From NCBI GenBank assembly GCA_965205505.1, contig CBDBHB010000009.1, positions 32,001 through 96,000 on the forward strand: a stretch of 64,000 nt of DNA. Direction: 5' to 3'. Positions 10,178-20,907 of this stretch are shown piece by piece; positions within the stretch are counted from its first letter, which is position 1; every line of letters begins with the position of its first letter. Under the pieces are notes generated by a model. The model had not been told where the DNA came from, made no database searches, and worked only from the letters and a program-made list of their open reading frames with translations. The position numbers and the translations under genes were made by a program. Source of the DNA: Acidobacteriota bacterium (GTDB lineage Bacteria > Acidobacteriota > UBA890 > WLXD01).

Positions 10178-11035
10178 GTGCGACACGCACAGCAGTCGCA
10201 GGGGGTGTCGGAGAGGCGAGCCTGCCGAGTGCTGGGCCAGGTGCGCTCGACGCAGCAATATCGGCCCAAGGCGCCTGGAGACGAAACACCGCTGGTGAAG
10301 CGAATGACCGAACTGGCGACGCAGTACGGACGCTACGGGTACCGTCGGATCACGGCTCTGATGGAACGCGAAGGGTGGCGGGTGAACCACAAGAGGATCG
10401 AACGGTTATGGCGTCGTGAAGGACTGAAGGTACCGAAAAAGCAGCCCAAGCGCGGACGCTTGTGGCTCAACGATGGATCGTGCGTGCGGCTGAGGCCGGA
10501 AAGGAAAGATCACGTGTGGGCCTATGACTTCGTGCACGAACGAACTCACGACGGGCGAGCGGTTCGTCTGCTGACGATCGTGGATGAGTACACCAGGGAG
10601 TGCTTGGCCATCGATGTGGCGCGCAGGCTCAACTCCGAGAACGTGTTGGATCGACTCGCTGAGCTGTTCGTGAACCGTGGTGTTTCCGACCACATCCGCT
10701 CCGACAACGGACCGGAGTTCACTTCTCGGGTAGTGCGTGGCTGGCTCGAGCGGGTCGGTGTGAAGACGTTGTTCATCGAGCCCGGCTCGCCGTGGGAAAA
10801 CGGCTATGTGGAGAGCTTCAACGGCAAGCTACGCGACGAGCTGCTGAACGGGGAGATCTTCTACACGCTCAAGGAGGCGCAGAGCTTGGTGCAAGCCTGG
10901 CGCCGCAAATACAACCAGGTGCGGCCACACAGCTCGTTGGGCTATCGGCCGCCTGCACCGAAAGCGACGTTGTTAAAGCCGGCTACGCTCCGCTCCGCCG
11001 GCTGCAACAACCTCTTGCCAGCACCGATTCTATGA
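10178..11035 (+). CDS. IS3-A OrfB DDE transposase
   Basis: YGYRRI, WAYDF, SDNGPEF, ESFNGKLRDELL, RPHSSLGY. Confidence 0.93.
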   Translation: MRHAQQSQGVSERRACRVLGQVRSTQQYRPKAPGDETPLVKRMTELATQYGRYGYRRITALMEREGWRVNHKRIERLWRREGLKVPKKQPKRGRLWLNDGSCVRLRPERKDHVWAYDFVHERTHDGRAVRLLTIVDEYTRECLAIDVARRLNSENVLDRLAELFVNRGVSDHIRSDNGPEFTSRVVRGWLERVGVKTLFIEPGSPWENGYVESFNGKLRDELLNGEIFYTLKEAQSLVQAWRRKYNQVRPHSSLGYRPPAPKATLLKPATLRSAGCNNLLPAPIL

Positions 11036-11454
11036 GTTACGAAGTGGCCTCAACACTTGGGGCAGGTCAGCCTAGTGCGCTTCGAGATATTGGCGAGAGT
11101 TGTGGATGAGGAAGCAGCATGATCAGGCTGCGTCCTTCCTGGTCTTCTCAGTGGTCGGCCACGTCCTTCTCGGACAGGCCGAACTCGGCGAGCTGTCCTG
11201 TGACCAGCACGTTGTGCTGAACTTGCGACCCCACCATACCGTCGGTGACTTCACCTACTAGAACACCGCACCGCCAATCGGGAAGCACGGACATCATCGA
11301 TCTCGCTGACCGTTCCGGCAAGTGCGGCGCTTTCCCAAAGTAGAGTCCGGCCCATTATGCGGGCTTGGTGCTGTCCCTATGTCCTGGAAGAAGAAGCGGT
11401 GCGAGCCATCCTCTGGGCCGCAAGATCATCTCGAATGCCGACGGGGCGAGGCCA

Positions 11455-11504
11455 TGACCTGCCCCCCTTTTCTGGTCCACTGGAAGTGAGAGTCTCGGAC
11501 CGAA
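11455..11504. mobile_element. 50-bp terminal stub of another IS3-family element
   Basis: Begins TGACCTGCCCCCCTTTTCTGGTCCA and is directly followed by the IS3-B IRR. Confidence 0.7.
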
Positions 11505-11530
11505 TGACCCCACCCCGAAATCAGTACCAG

Positions 11531-12385
11531 TCAGAGGTTTAGGATTCGGTGTTCCGAAGCCTCCGGTTGCCAGCCCCTGGCGAACTCCGTAGGAGTTCGA
11601 TCGTTCAGTGAGCTGTGTGGTCTGTGGGTATTGTAATCAAGCCTCCAAGCCTCCAGTTTTCGGCGCGCGTCATCGATCGAGAAGAACAGGTTGGCGTTGA
11701 GGCATTCGTCGCGAAGCCGTCCGTTGAAACTCTCGATGAACGCATTCTCCACGGGCTTTCCCGGCCGAATGAACTCCAACTGCACGCCTCTTCGGTACGC
11801 CCAGGAGTCCATCGCCTGGGAGTAGAATTCTGAGCCATTGTCGACGGTGATGACCCGTGGCAACGGCCCGGCAAACGACAGCCGCTCGAGTGCTCCAGCC
11901 ACCGCCTTGCCGGTCATCGACACGCCCGGCTCAAGTAACGGACATTCACGGCTAAACTGATCGACCACCGTCAGCACCCGAAACGGCCGGCCACTCTCGA
12001 GCCGATCGGTCACGAAGTCCATGCTCCAGCGCTCGTTGGGCCGCTCTGCGGGCGGCAGCACAAGCCGTATGTGACTCGCCCGCTTGCGCCGTCGCTTTTT
12101 GGTCCGTACCTCCAGCCCCTCCTCTCGATAGATCCGATACACGCGCTTCTGGTTCACTACCCATCCCTCGCGGCGTAGCAACACGCACAACCTCCGATAC
12201 CCGAACCGCGGACGCGCCGCGGCGAGCTCGCCAAGACGACGCCGCAGCACGGGGTCGTCCGTCCTTGTGCTCTGATACCGATGGCTGGTGCGCGACAACT
12301 CGATCAGCCGACACGCTCGACGCTCACTGACACGGAACCCGTCCTGCAGGTACCGCACCACCTCGCGCTTGCGCGCCGGCTTCAC
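11531..12385 (-). CDS. IS3-B OrfB DDE transposase
   Basis: [29 protein letters not shown]. Confidence 0.93.
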   Translation of the reverse strand: MKPARKREVVRYLQDGFRVSERRACRLIELSRTSHRYQSTRTDDPVLRRRLGELAAARPRFGYRRLCVLLRREGWVVNQKRVYRIYREEGLEVRTKKRRRKRASHIRLVLPPAERPNERWSMDFVTDRLESGRPFRVLTVVDQFSRECPLLEPGVSMTGKAVAGALERLSFAGPLPRVITVDNGSEFYSQAMDSWAYRRGVQLEFIRPGKPVENAFIESFNGRLRDECLNANLFFSIDDARRKLEAWRLDYNTHRPHSSLNDRTPTEFARGWQPEASEHRILNL

Positions 12386-12648
12386 ACCTTTTTTGACAGC
12401 ACCTCCTGGAGCATGTGCTTGTCCAAGCTCAGATCTGCCACCAGCTGCTTCAACTTCCGGTTCTCATGGCGGAGTTGTCGTAGCTCCCGAAGTTCGGCCA
12501 CGCCCATCCCGGCGAACTTGCGGCGCCACGTGTAGAACGTCTGCTCGCTGACGCCCAGCTTGCGACACACCTCCTTGATCGGCGTGCCCGCCTCAGCCTG
12601 CCGCAGCGCGTAGGCGATCTGCTCGTCCGTGTACCTCTTCCGCTTCAT
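12382..12648 (-). CDS. IS3-B OrfA
   Basis: [14 protein letters not shown] plus leucine zipper. Confidence 0.93.
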   Translation of the reverse strand: MKRKRYTDEQIAYALRQAEAGTPIKEVCRKLGVSEQTFYTWRRKFAGMGVAELRELRQLRHENRKLKQLVADLSLDKHMLQEVLSKKV

Positions 12649-12798
12649 CTGTCCTCCTGCTTGGAGGACGACGGTACACCGATTTCCTAAACATCAACCT
12701 GGCACCGTTTTCGGGGTTTGGGTCACACTCGCTGCGGTCAGTTACGTCCGTTAATAAGTCGGACATAACCCTAGTGACTCGGTTGTACAATCTCTTCC

Positions 12799-15700
12799 AT
12801 GGTCGACCATCGTCCATTCACCCGCACGGTGCTCACCGTCGCCGGCATTGACCAAGAGACACGGTCCCCCGGTGATGCCGTTCGGGTAGGCGGACGCAAC
12901 AGATCTACAGCCGAATCTGCCGGCGTGAGGACAGCATCGTGTCGGAGCATGTCCAGAAACGATGCCTGTCTCTCTGGACCCCACAGTAAGCGTCGAGTTG
13001 CCCTCGCCGTCACGCTGTCAGTGCTGCTGTCGGGCATCGTGGCGGCGCGGGTCCACGCCCAGTCCGCATGGGACGGGACGGTGGAGGTGTCCCCGAGCAC
13101 GTTGACCGTCAAGGAAGGAGAATCCGTCAGCTACCGCGTGAGACTGACCAAGCCGCCGACAGGGGACGCCGACAGCAATGTGTGGTGGATCATGGTGCAG
13201 GCTGATGGCGCGAGGCGCGCCGACGGCATCTACAAGAGTATCCATTGGGTGCCGTCGATCGGCCGAGAGTTCAATCCGGACAGCCGGTCGGGTTGCGCAG
13301 GGTGCTGGGACCAGTGGCAGGACATCCGTATATATGCGGATCAGGATGACGATGCAGAGGATCTGTGGGTAACCTTCACCCACGAAGTGTGGGATCACAA
13401 CGCTGACTGCCCGGTGCATGGGGTGGGCGAGGTGACGGTACACGTCATCGATGACGACGGCGGAGGCACAACGGATGACAACCCGGCAGTCACGGTGTCC
13501 TACCGTCCGACGACCTACACGATGGTCGAGGGCGAGACGGTACCGGTAACGGTGGTCCTGAGCGCGGACCCGGAGCGCGAAGTGGTCATCCCGATTGCGG
13601 TTGAGCCCGGTGGCACCGCGACGACCGCAGACTATTCAGGGGTGCCCACGAGCGTGACCTTCGCATCCGGTGAGACGACCAAGGCCTTCACCGTCATGAC
13701 CACCGAGGACACCGCGGATGAGCCCAACGAGACCGTCAACCTGGGTTTCGGCTCGCTGCCCACTGGCGTGAGCGAGGGAAGCTCCCCGGATGCGGTCGTC
13801 ACCATCATCGACGACGACGGCGGAGGCGACGGGGAACGACGGCGGCGGCGGAGGCGACGGGAACGACGGCGGCGGCGGAGGCGACGGGAACGACGGCGGC
13901 GGCGGAGGCGACGGGAACGACGGCGGCGGAGGCGACGGGAACGACGACGGCGGCGGCGGCGACGGGAACGACGACACCGAGGACGGCGGGGCGAACCGGC
14001 CGCCGGTATTCGCCCGGAGCTATGCGTTCGACCTGCTGGAGCACCGGTCCGGGCGCGAGGTGCCGGTGTTCCTCGGAACGGTCCGGGCGCGAGACCCGGA
14101 CGGTGACCGGATTCGCTACGCCCTGTCCGCGGGCGACCGCGAGCGCTTCACCGTCTCTACGGCGAGCGGCGCGGTGAGCTACGTCGGCGGGGGCGAGGAG
14201 TTCGAGTCGGGTCCGTCGCGCTACGAGTTGCAGGTGACGGCGGAGGATGGGGCTCTCCGTGCGAGGGCCGATGTGGTCGTCCGGGTGGTGGACGTGCCGG
14301 AGGCGCCGGATGCCGGCGACGACGACGCGGAGACGCCGGAAGACACGCCGACGGTAATCGACGTGCTGTCGAACGACCGCGACCCGGACGGCGACCGGCT
14401 GCGGATTGCCTCCGTGGGCGCCGCGGAGCACGGCACGGCGACGCTGGCGTCGGGCGGGATTCGGTATGCGCCGGACCTGAACTGGCATGGCACGGATCGG
14501 TTCGACTACACGGTGGCCGACGCGGGCGGGCTGACGTCGACGGGTACGGTGACGGTGCGGGTGACGCCGGTGAACGACCCGCCCGAGGCGGTCGACGACG
14601 AGGCGGAGACGCTCGAGGACGTGCCGGCGGTGGTGGACGTGCTGGCCAACGACACCGACGTCGACGGGGACCGGTTGCGGGTGGTGGCGGTGGGCTCGGC
14701 GGGGCACGGCGCCACGGCGATAGCGTCCCGCAGGGTGCGCTACTCACCGGATCCGAACTGGTATGGGACGGACCGCTTCCGGTACACGATTGCGGACCCG
14801 GAGGGGTTGACGGCGACGGCGATGGTGACGGTGACCGTGCTGCCGGTCAACGACCCGCCGGAGGCCGTGGGGGTCATCCCGGACCAAGCGCTCGAGGAGG
14901 GCGGGGCGCCGGGGACGGTGGACCTGGCGCCGTACTTCACCGACGTCGACGGGGACGCGCTGACCTACGCCGCGGTGTCGTCGGACGAGACGGCGGTGAC
15001 GGTGACGGTTGCCGGCGCGACGGTGACGCTGTCGGCGGTGGTGACGGGCACGGCGACGGTAACGGTAACGGCCAGCGACGTCGAGGGGCTGACGGCGACG
15101 CAGACCTTCAGCGTGCAGGTGGGCGACCGGTTGGTGCGAGCGGTGATGACCGACGCGCTGGCGGCGCTGGGCCGGGGGCACCTGTCGAGTGCGCGGTCGA
15201 CGATCGGCCGGCACCTGGAGATGGGCGGCGGCGCGGCGACGCGGTTGATGGTCGGAGGCCAGCTCCTTTCGCCGGACGCCTGGGACCGGATCGGCGCGGG
15301 GGGACTGGAGCATACCCACGAGTTGCTGGTCCGGGCAGCGCAGTGGCGGCAGCGCGTTTCGGGAATGGACCTGGTCGGGACGTCGGCGGAGCCGCGGCTG
15401 GGGCGCTCGGGGTCGGCGGGGCTGCTGGGCGGCGAGTCCGGCGGGGACTGGAACCGGCTGCTGCAGGGGACGGACGTGCTTCTGTCGTTCGGGGGGCAGG
15501 ACGGTCCGCCGGGACCGGCGGGCGAGCGTGTCGGCGGGCCGCGGTGGACGGTGTGGGGGCAGGGTGACCTGCAGACGTTCCGAGGTGCGGACACCGAGGG
15601 CGACAGTTATGAGGGCGACCTGCGGACCGGGTATCTGGGGCTGGATGCCCGGCTGGGCGAGAAGTGGCTGGTGGGTGCGGCGTTGGCGCGCAGCGGCGGC

Positions 15701-16765
15701 CGCGGCGACTGGCAGGTGGGCTCGTCGAGCGGCCGCCTGACGACCGGGCTGACGGTGGTGCATCCGTACCTGCGGTGGGGTGACCGGGACACGTCGGTGT
15801 GGGCGTTGGCGGGCATCGGGTGGGGGACGGCGGAGAACGTGCGGACGCTGACCGGCCGGCGGGAGACGAGCCCGTTGCGCCTGGGCCTGGGCCTGGTGGA
15901 GGGTCGCCGTCGCGTAGCGACGACAGGCCGGTGGCTGGCGGTGGATCTGCGGGGGGAGGCGTCGTGGGCGCGGCTGCGGACCGGCGACGGGGAGGAGACG
16001 GTCGACGGGCTGGCGGCGGAGGTGCGGCGGGTGCGGACCGGCGTCGAGGTGACGCTGGCGCTGGACGGCCCGGGCGGTCTGGAGGTGGCGCCGTTCGGCG
16101 CGGTGAGCACGCGGCACGACAGTGGTGCGGGCCAGACCGGCGTGGGGCTGGAACTGGCGGGCGGTGTGCGGCTGACGGGCGGCCGCGTGCGCATCGAGGC
16201 GCACGGCCGGACCCTGGCGCTGCACACGGCGACAGACTACGAGGAGAAGGGAGTGAGCGTGACGGCGAGCGTCGGCGCCGGGCAGTACGAGCCGGGGTTG
16301 AGCGTGTCGCTACGCCCCCGGTGGGGAGCCCCGGGCTACGGAGCCGAGGCGCTGTGGCAGGACCAGCTGCAGAGCTACACGTACGGGTACGGGGCGGAGC
16401 GAGACGACGTCGCGGTCGACGCGCGGGTCAGCTACGGCCTGCGCCTGCCCGGTGGGCGGCTGCTCACGTCGTTCGGAGGCTACGGGGAGATGGGCACGCG
16501 GCGGCGCATGCAGGTGGGTGCGAACCTGGGCACGCTGGGCCTCTTCGGCGGCGACCTCGACAGCCCGCTCCAGTTCGAGTTCGTGGGCGAGCGCCATGTC
16601 CGGCCGCGAGGCGGAGCGGACCACCGCCTCACGCTGTTCGGAATCGTCAACCTGGGCGCGCGATCCAGCGCGTGCCGGGGCGGCACCTGCGCGTCGGCGA
16701 CAGCTCACCGACAGGGTCGGCGTGCGCCGCGGGCGTGGCGCCAGGCCGGGCACGAGCCCCGCTGA
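12799..16765 (+). pseudogene. Calx-beta / cadherin / tandem Ig-like autotransporter-type surface protein split by a 1-nt frameshift at about 13831
   Basis: Signal peptide ...AARVHAQS, Calx-beta-like DYSGVPTSVTF..TIIDDD, cadherin ARDPDGD, NDxDxDGD / PVNDPP repeats, C-terminal beta-barrel-like region. ORFs 12799..14106 and 13790..16765 join if one G is removed. Confidence 0.8.
13819..13975 (+). repeat. Tandem 24-27 bp repeat encoding GGGGGDGND-like linker units
   Basis: About 6 units of (GGC)2-3 GGAGGCGACGGGAACGAC, the first and last imperfect. Confidence 0.9.
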
Positions 16766-16854
16766 CGCAGCGATCAACCGCTCTGCCTCGGTATCGGATC
16801 TATCGGGAGGAGGGACTAGAGGTACGGACCGCCGGCACAGCGGCCCAACGAGCG

Positions 16855-17237
16855 TGACCCAAACCCCGAAAACGGTGCCAGGTTGATGTTTAGGAAATCG
16901 GTGTACCGTCGTCCTCCAAGCAGGAGGACAGATGAAGCGGAAGAGGTACACGGACGAGCAGATCGCCTACGCGCTCCGGCAGGCGGAGGCAGGCACGCCG
17001 ATCAAGCAGGTGTGCCGCAAGCTCGGCGTCAGCGAGCAGACGTTGTACACGTGGCGCCGTAAGTTCGCCGGGATGGGCGTGGCGGAGCTGCGGGAGCTCC
17101 GACAGCTCCGGCATGAGAACCGGAAGTTGAAGCGGTTGGTCGCAGACCTGAGCTTGGACAAGCGCATGCTCCAGGAGGTGGTGTCAAAAAAGGTGTAAAG
17201 CCGGCGCGCAAACACGAGGTCGTCCGGTACCTGCAGG
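16855..17237 (+). mobile_element. Truncated, diverged IS3-B-like copy (IRL plus orfA 16932..17198)
   Basis: Identical IRL and an orfA with substitutions. orfB is lost after about 40 bp. Small orfB fragments lie at about 16790-16854. Confidence 0.88.
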
Positions 17238-17356
17238 GCGCCCTGGGCTCCGGGCGGGCTCGCTGACGTATGCAGTGCCTGCAGACGAGAGCGATCCGTC
17301 AGACTGCAACCTCATTGTTTGGCGGCCTCGATTGTTTGGCGGCAGTTGCGATTGGC

Positions 17357-17662
17357 TCAGATCTCCGGCTCCTCACCGCGGCGCGCGTGCCACAACGCCA
17401 AGATCTCGACCGTATTGCCGGTCTGTCCCAGGATGTAGTACAGGTGATAGTGGACACGACCGAGTAGTAACCGTCGCAACCCGCGCAACGACGAGTGTTG
17501 CACTGGTTCGCCCGCCGAAGGAAGGCGCCAGATCGTCTCGAAGCCTCGCTCGATCTCTTCGGCGAAGGCATCCGGCGCTTTGTCTCGATTGTGTATCCAC
17601 CAGTTGGCGGCGGCGCGAATCTGCGCGGCGGCACGCGGCGCTACGACAAGTCGCCGACTCAA
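17357..17662 (-). CDS. RelE/ParE-family toxin
   Basis: LVVAPRAAAQI, P.AG, LRRLLL...YHLYY, VEILALWHARR. Confidence 0.85.
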   Translation of the reverse strand: MSRRLVVAPRAAAQIRAAANWWIHNRDKAPDAFAEEIERGFETIWRLPSAGEPVQHSSLRGLRRLLLGRVHYHLYYILGQTGNTVEILALWHARRGEEPEI

Positions 17663-17886
17663 TCCGCGATGAGGGCTTTCAGCTCTGCGACAAGATCGTC
17701 TCCGTCGACGGAATCGCCCCCGTGGATCTCATCGGCCGCCACCGACAACTCAGCTTCTTGCTCAGCCGTTAGGCGGATTGGCTCATCCGCATCCCTGGCA
17801 AGAATCGTCACGCTCTCGCCTTCCGCAAGGACTCCGTCCGGAACCTGGATCTTGCCGTCTACAACGGTACTGGTAATGACCTTCAT
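17659..17886 (-). CDS. Putative antitoxin
   Basis: 75-aa acidic ORF upstream of the toxin, overlapping it by 4 nt. Confidence 0.7.
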   Translation of the reverse strand: MKVITSTVVDGKIQVPDGVLAEGESVTILARDADEPIRLTAEQEAELSVAADEIHGGDSVDGDDLVAELKALIAD

Positions 17887-17894
17887 GGTTCTGC

Positions 17895-17903
17895 ATTCTA
17901 CCA
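17895..17903 (-). promoter_or_regulatory. Extended -10 promoter (TGnTAGAAT), near-leaderless TA transcript
   Basis: TGGTAGAAT lies 8 nt before the antitoxin ATG and there is no SD. Confidence 0.45.
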
Positions 17904-17973
17904 GCCGAGTAGCGGCCCCGCCTGGCCGCCCAACGGTTCACGGGCTCAGCCGGGGGCGCGTCCGGCGCAGCAG

Positions 17974-18259
17974 GGCTCGCCGTGGGAAAACGGCTACGTG
18001 GAGAGCTTCAACGGCAAGCTACGAGACGAGCTGCTGAATGGGGAGATCTTCTACACGCTCACTGAGGCGCAGAGCTTGGTGCAACGATGGCGCCGCGAAT
18101 ACAACCAGGTGCGGCCTCATAGCTCGTTGGGTTATCGGCCACCCGCACCGGAAGCGACGTTGTTGGAGCCGGCTACGCTCCGCTCCGCCGGCTCCAACAA
18201 CCTCTTGTCAGCACCGATTCCATGAGTTACGAAGTGGCCCAAACACTTGGGGCAAGTCA
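17974..18259 (+). mobile_element. 3' fragment of IS3-A-like element
   Basis: orfB C-terminus plus IRR TTGGGGCAAGTCA. Confidence 0.9.
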
Positions 18260-18888
18260 TGATCGCACGATGGCAGCCGAATACTAGTTTGGGGGGGGCA
18301 GATTCAGAGGTCGCTGTGGGAGTGAGGCGCAGAACGGTCCGTGACGTGATCATGTACGAGTACTCGAAGCTGATCGCCGATGCAGCTGTCGGTGGTCGAT
18401 CATCGCTCGCGCCGGTAACGCGCACGGGCGACGAATACTGGTCGTTCGTCACAGCCACCTTCGGCAAGCTGGCGAGAAAGGACATTCAGCCATCGACGGT
18501 GCTGCGAGAGAACAAGCTACTTGTGGTGGAAGAAAATGGCTGCGCGTACTGCGGGACCGAGAGTGATTCCCTGCAGTGGGAGCACATCATCCCGCGCGAC
18601 AAGGGAGGACCCGACACAATCGACAACCTCGTAATGGCCTGCTCAAGCTGCAACGCGACGAAGGGAGCACGAGATCCGTTCGAGTGGTATGCGGGCCGAC
18701 GTGCCGAGATCCCGCGCATAGTCCTCGGCAAGCTACTCAAGCAACTACTCGCGGCTCATACGGCGGCAGGGACACTCGCGTGGACCGAGTATCCGATGGG
18801 TCAGGGTCTCAAGGCGGCTCAGCTTGTCCGCGTGTTCACGAAACCGGGCTCTTCTGCGACGGGAGGGTGCGAGGAATCGCCAAGATGA
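18260..18888 (+). CDS. HNH endonuclease (start uncertain, abuts IS end)
   Basis: CAYCG...WEHIIP..GG...NLVMACSSCNATKG. Confidence 0.8.
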
Positions 18889-19142
18889 ACATGGATCCGT
18901 GGCGGACCAATCCCGCCGCCCAACAGGCCCCTGCACCCGACGGTAAAGCTGTTCGCTCTTTTCGGAGAATCCCCCGTGGGAGGCGGGCGCCGATACCGCC
19001 GAACTCAGTGTTGTTTGGGCCGCCGGGTGGGCAGGTCACTGGCGCAGACAAAACGGTCCTACTTCGACGGATCCCTAAAGCGACTCAATGCGATTACGCC
19101 ACCAGCGAGGACCCCGTGGGCACTGCAAAAGCTGCAGCCGGA

Positions 19143-19710
19143 CTACTCGTCCTCGAATGCCACGTGGTCGAACTTCAGTGTTGAGGCGTTTTCTTTGACC
19201 GTGCGCACGAGGTGCTCATCGGCACCCTCCGGCATCTGGACATGGATCTCCATGGCCACCTTGACTCTCGCCCCGGGCAACGCACCGAGATGGCTGATGA
19301 CCTCGTCAGCAATCTGGCCGGCACTCTTGTGGCCTCGATCAGCGTGTCCCGGTCCCGCACGCGCGGCAGGTACAGATAGCGGGAAAACCACTCCGCGAGC
19401 TCCGCGAAGGTGACGTGGTTGCGGCCATCCCACAGGCCGGCGCTCTCGAGCGCCATGCGTAGTCGCGCACCACCCATGGCAGGCATCAACAGCTCCTGCT
19501 GCTGGAGCTTGTTAGCAGTCCGTACCGCCAGCGGCTCGGTGCCTGAGACCTTGACAGCCTCCCATGTAATCTCCCCCACCGGATCGTTCTGGACCTGGGC
19601 TAGCGCCCAGATCCAGGTTGCGGCGATACGGAGCTTCACTGTGCTGTCGGCATCATGCTGTTTCGACTCCGCCTGTGATTTCTGGAACTCATCCAGATTC
19701 AGGCCGGGGG
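19143..19710 (-). pseudogene. C-terminal remnant of a DUF499-type AAA ATPase
   Basis: YLYLPRVRD and IADEVISHL...VRTVKENASTLKFDHVAFEDE, split over two frames. Confidence 0.65.
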
Positions 19711-20236
19711 GAGTCCGACTGTAACCGGACATCTCTCACCCCCGGGGACCCGGCCGGCCCGTGGGGGTGGGGGTCGAGGGGATAGTGGCCGGTGATCCCT
19801 CGACGAGGGTCCGTCTGGGAAGGCGGAGGTGAACGCCGACCCGGGGCCTTGCGTCCGGGTGCAGCGACTCATAGGCCACTGCTATTGAGTGGCCGGCGGC
19901 GACCAGGCCGACGAAGGGGTCGGAACCTTTGGCGAAGTCGGCGACAAGTCCATGATCGGCGATGGCAGCATGAGCCATCTTAGGAGGCGCGGGTGGCTCG
20001 CGCGTTGCAGCGCGGGGGATTTCGGCCGACGAAACCCCCCATCTTAGGGTGCTCGCGCCCCACTTTGGGGACTCGATCGGCCGTGCACCCGAACGCGTTT
20101 CAGCGGGGGGAGTCCGACTGCAACCTGGATACTTGCACGAGCACGGCGGCGCAGCCCCGGCAGGGCGGATCATTGAGGCAGCAGAGCGTGACGGGATCGC
20201 GCGCCGCACGCTTCAACGCTCCCGCAACCGCGCTCG

Positions 20237-20346
20237 GGGGTCCGGTTCAGGCCTCCCGCTGCGGAAACGTGGACACCGAATCGCACGCCGCTTCGGTCGC
20301 TCATGCTTCAACCGCCCGAGCTGCTCCCGCAGCTCGGTGAGCCAGT
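20237..20346 (-). repeat. Duplicated 5' end and upstream region of nfo
   Basis: Near-identical to 56077..56186. Confidence 0.9.
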
Positions 20347-20404
20347 GAGGCGTCAGTCAACTTCGCGTCGGCCGAAGGCACGGCAACCGACCACCGAGCC
20401 CCCC

Positions 20405-20646
20405 GATCGTATTTCCCTGTTCCGGCGCACGGATTTCCCTGTTCGGCCGCAGAAATTCCCTGTTCGCCGCCAGAAAATTCCCTGTTCCGTTGCGTAGGGA
20501 ATTCGGTCCCTAAGCCCCATAATATCAGTGGGTTAAGAGACCTCGATCGGGCCGATTTGGGGCTAAATCGATAAAATTCCCTGTTTTTCCCTGTCTAACA
20601 GGGAAATCGGGCAGAGACGGGTTCGCTCCAGACTGCGCCCACCAGC
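20405..20646. repeat. Phased TTCCCTGTT repeat module ending in a tRNA-3'-like motif (probable integrative-element end)
   Basis: Direct copies at 20413, 20435, 20456 and 20478, an inverted copy near 20496, further copies at 20577-20606, then GAGACGGGTTCGCTCCAGACTGCGCCCACCA. Confidence 0.75.
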
Positions 20647-20880
20647 GCCCGATTCGCCGTCTGCTCCCACACCTGGCGGGTCTTGTCCAGCTAGTCCCCG
20701 GCCTTGGCTGCCCGGCTCTTGCGCGCCCCGTCCTGCGCCGGGGCCTTGGGGGTTGTGCCGCTTGAACCACTGCTCGGCGCTGCGCGCGATGCCGTCATTG
20801 CCGCGCTCGGAGAACATCAGGTGCGCGTGGGGGTTCCCCCCGTCCTGGCCGCCGCGGTGGAGGGCGAGCGTATAGATGCG
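20647..20880 (-). pseudogene. MobA/MobL relaxase fragment
   Basis: YTLALH..NPHAHLMFSER.NDGI.RSAEQWFKR.N. Confidence 0.75.
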
Positions 20881-20907
20881 TCGATCGTCGGCTTTCATCT
20901 CGCCCGG

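Larger units (their letters stand above)
9799..11069 (+). mobile_element. IS3-family element IS3-A (1271 bp)
   Basis: IRs TGACCTGCCCCCCAA / TTGGGGCAGGTCA, orfA/orfB with a GGGAAAC slippery site, no target duplication. Confidence 0.95.
11505..12725 (-). mobile_element. IS3-family (IS407-group-like) element IS3-B, copy 1 (1221 bp)
   Basis: IRs TGACCCCACCCCGAAA / TTTCGGGGTTTGGGTCA and an A6G frameshift motif. Near-identical to the copies at 32577 and 40714. Confidence 0.95.

Noticed and set aside
13835-14106. Poly-arginine (ERRRRRRRR)n peptide
   Set aside because: Wrong-frame reading of the Gly/Asp linker after the frameshift.
20405-20500. TTCCCTGTT repeats as a CRISPR- or guide-type array
   Set aside because: The repeats are only 9-12 bp, and the intervening sequences are short and largely shared between the two copies.
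20610-20646. tRNA gene
   Set aside because: Only a T-loop- and CCA-like tail is present, with no cloverleaf.
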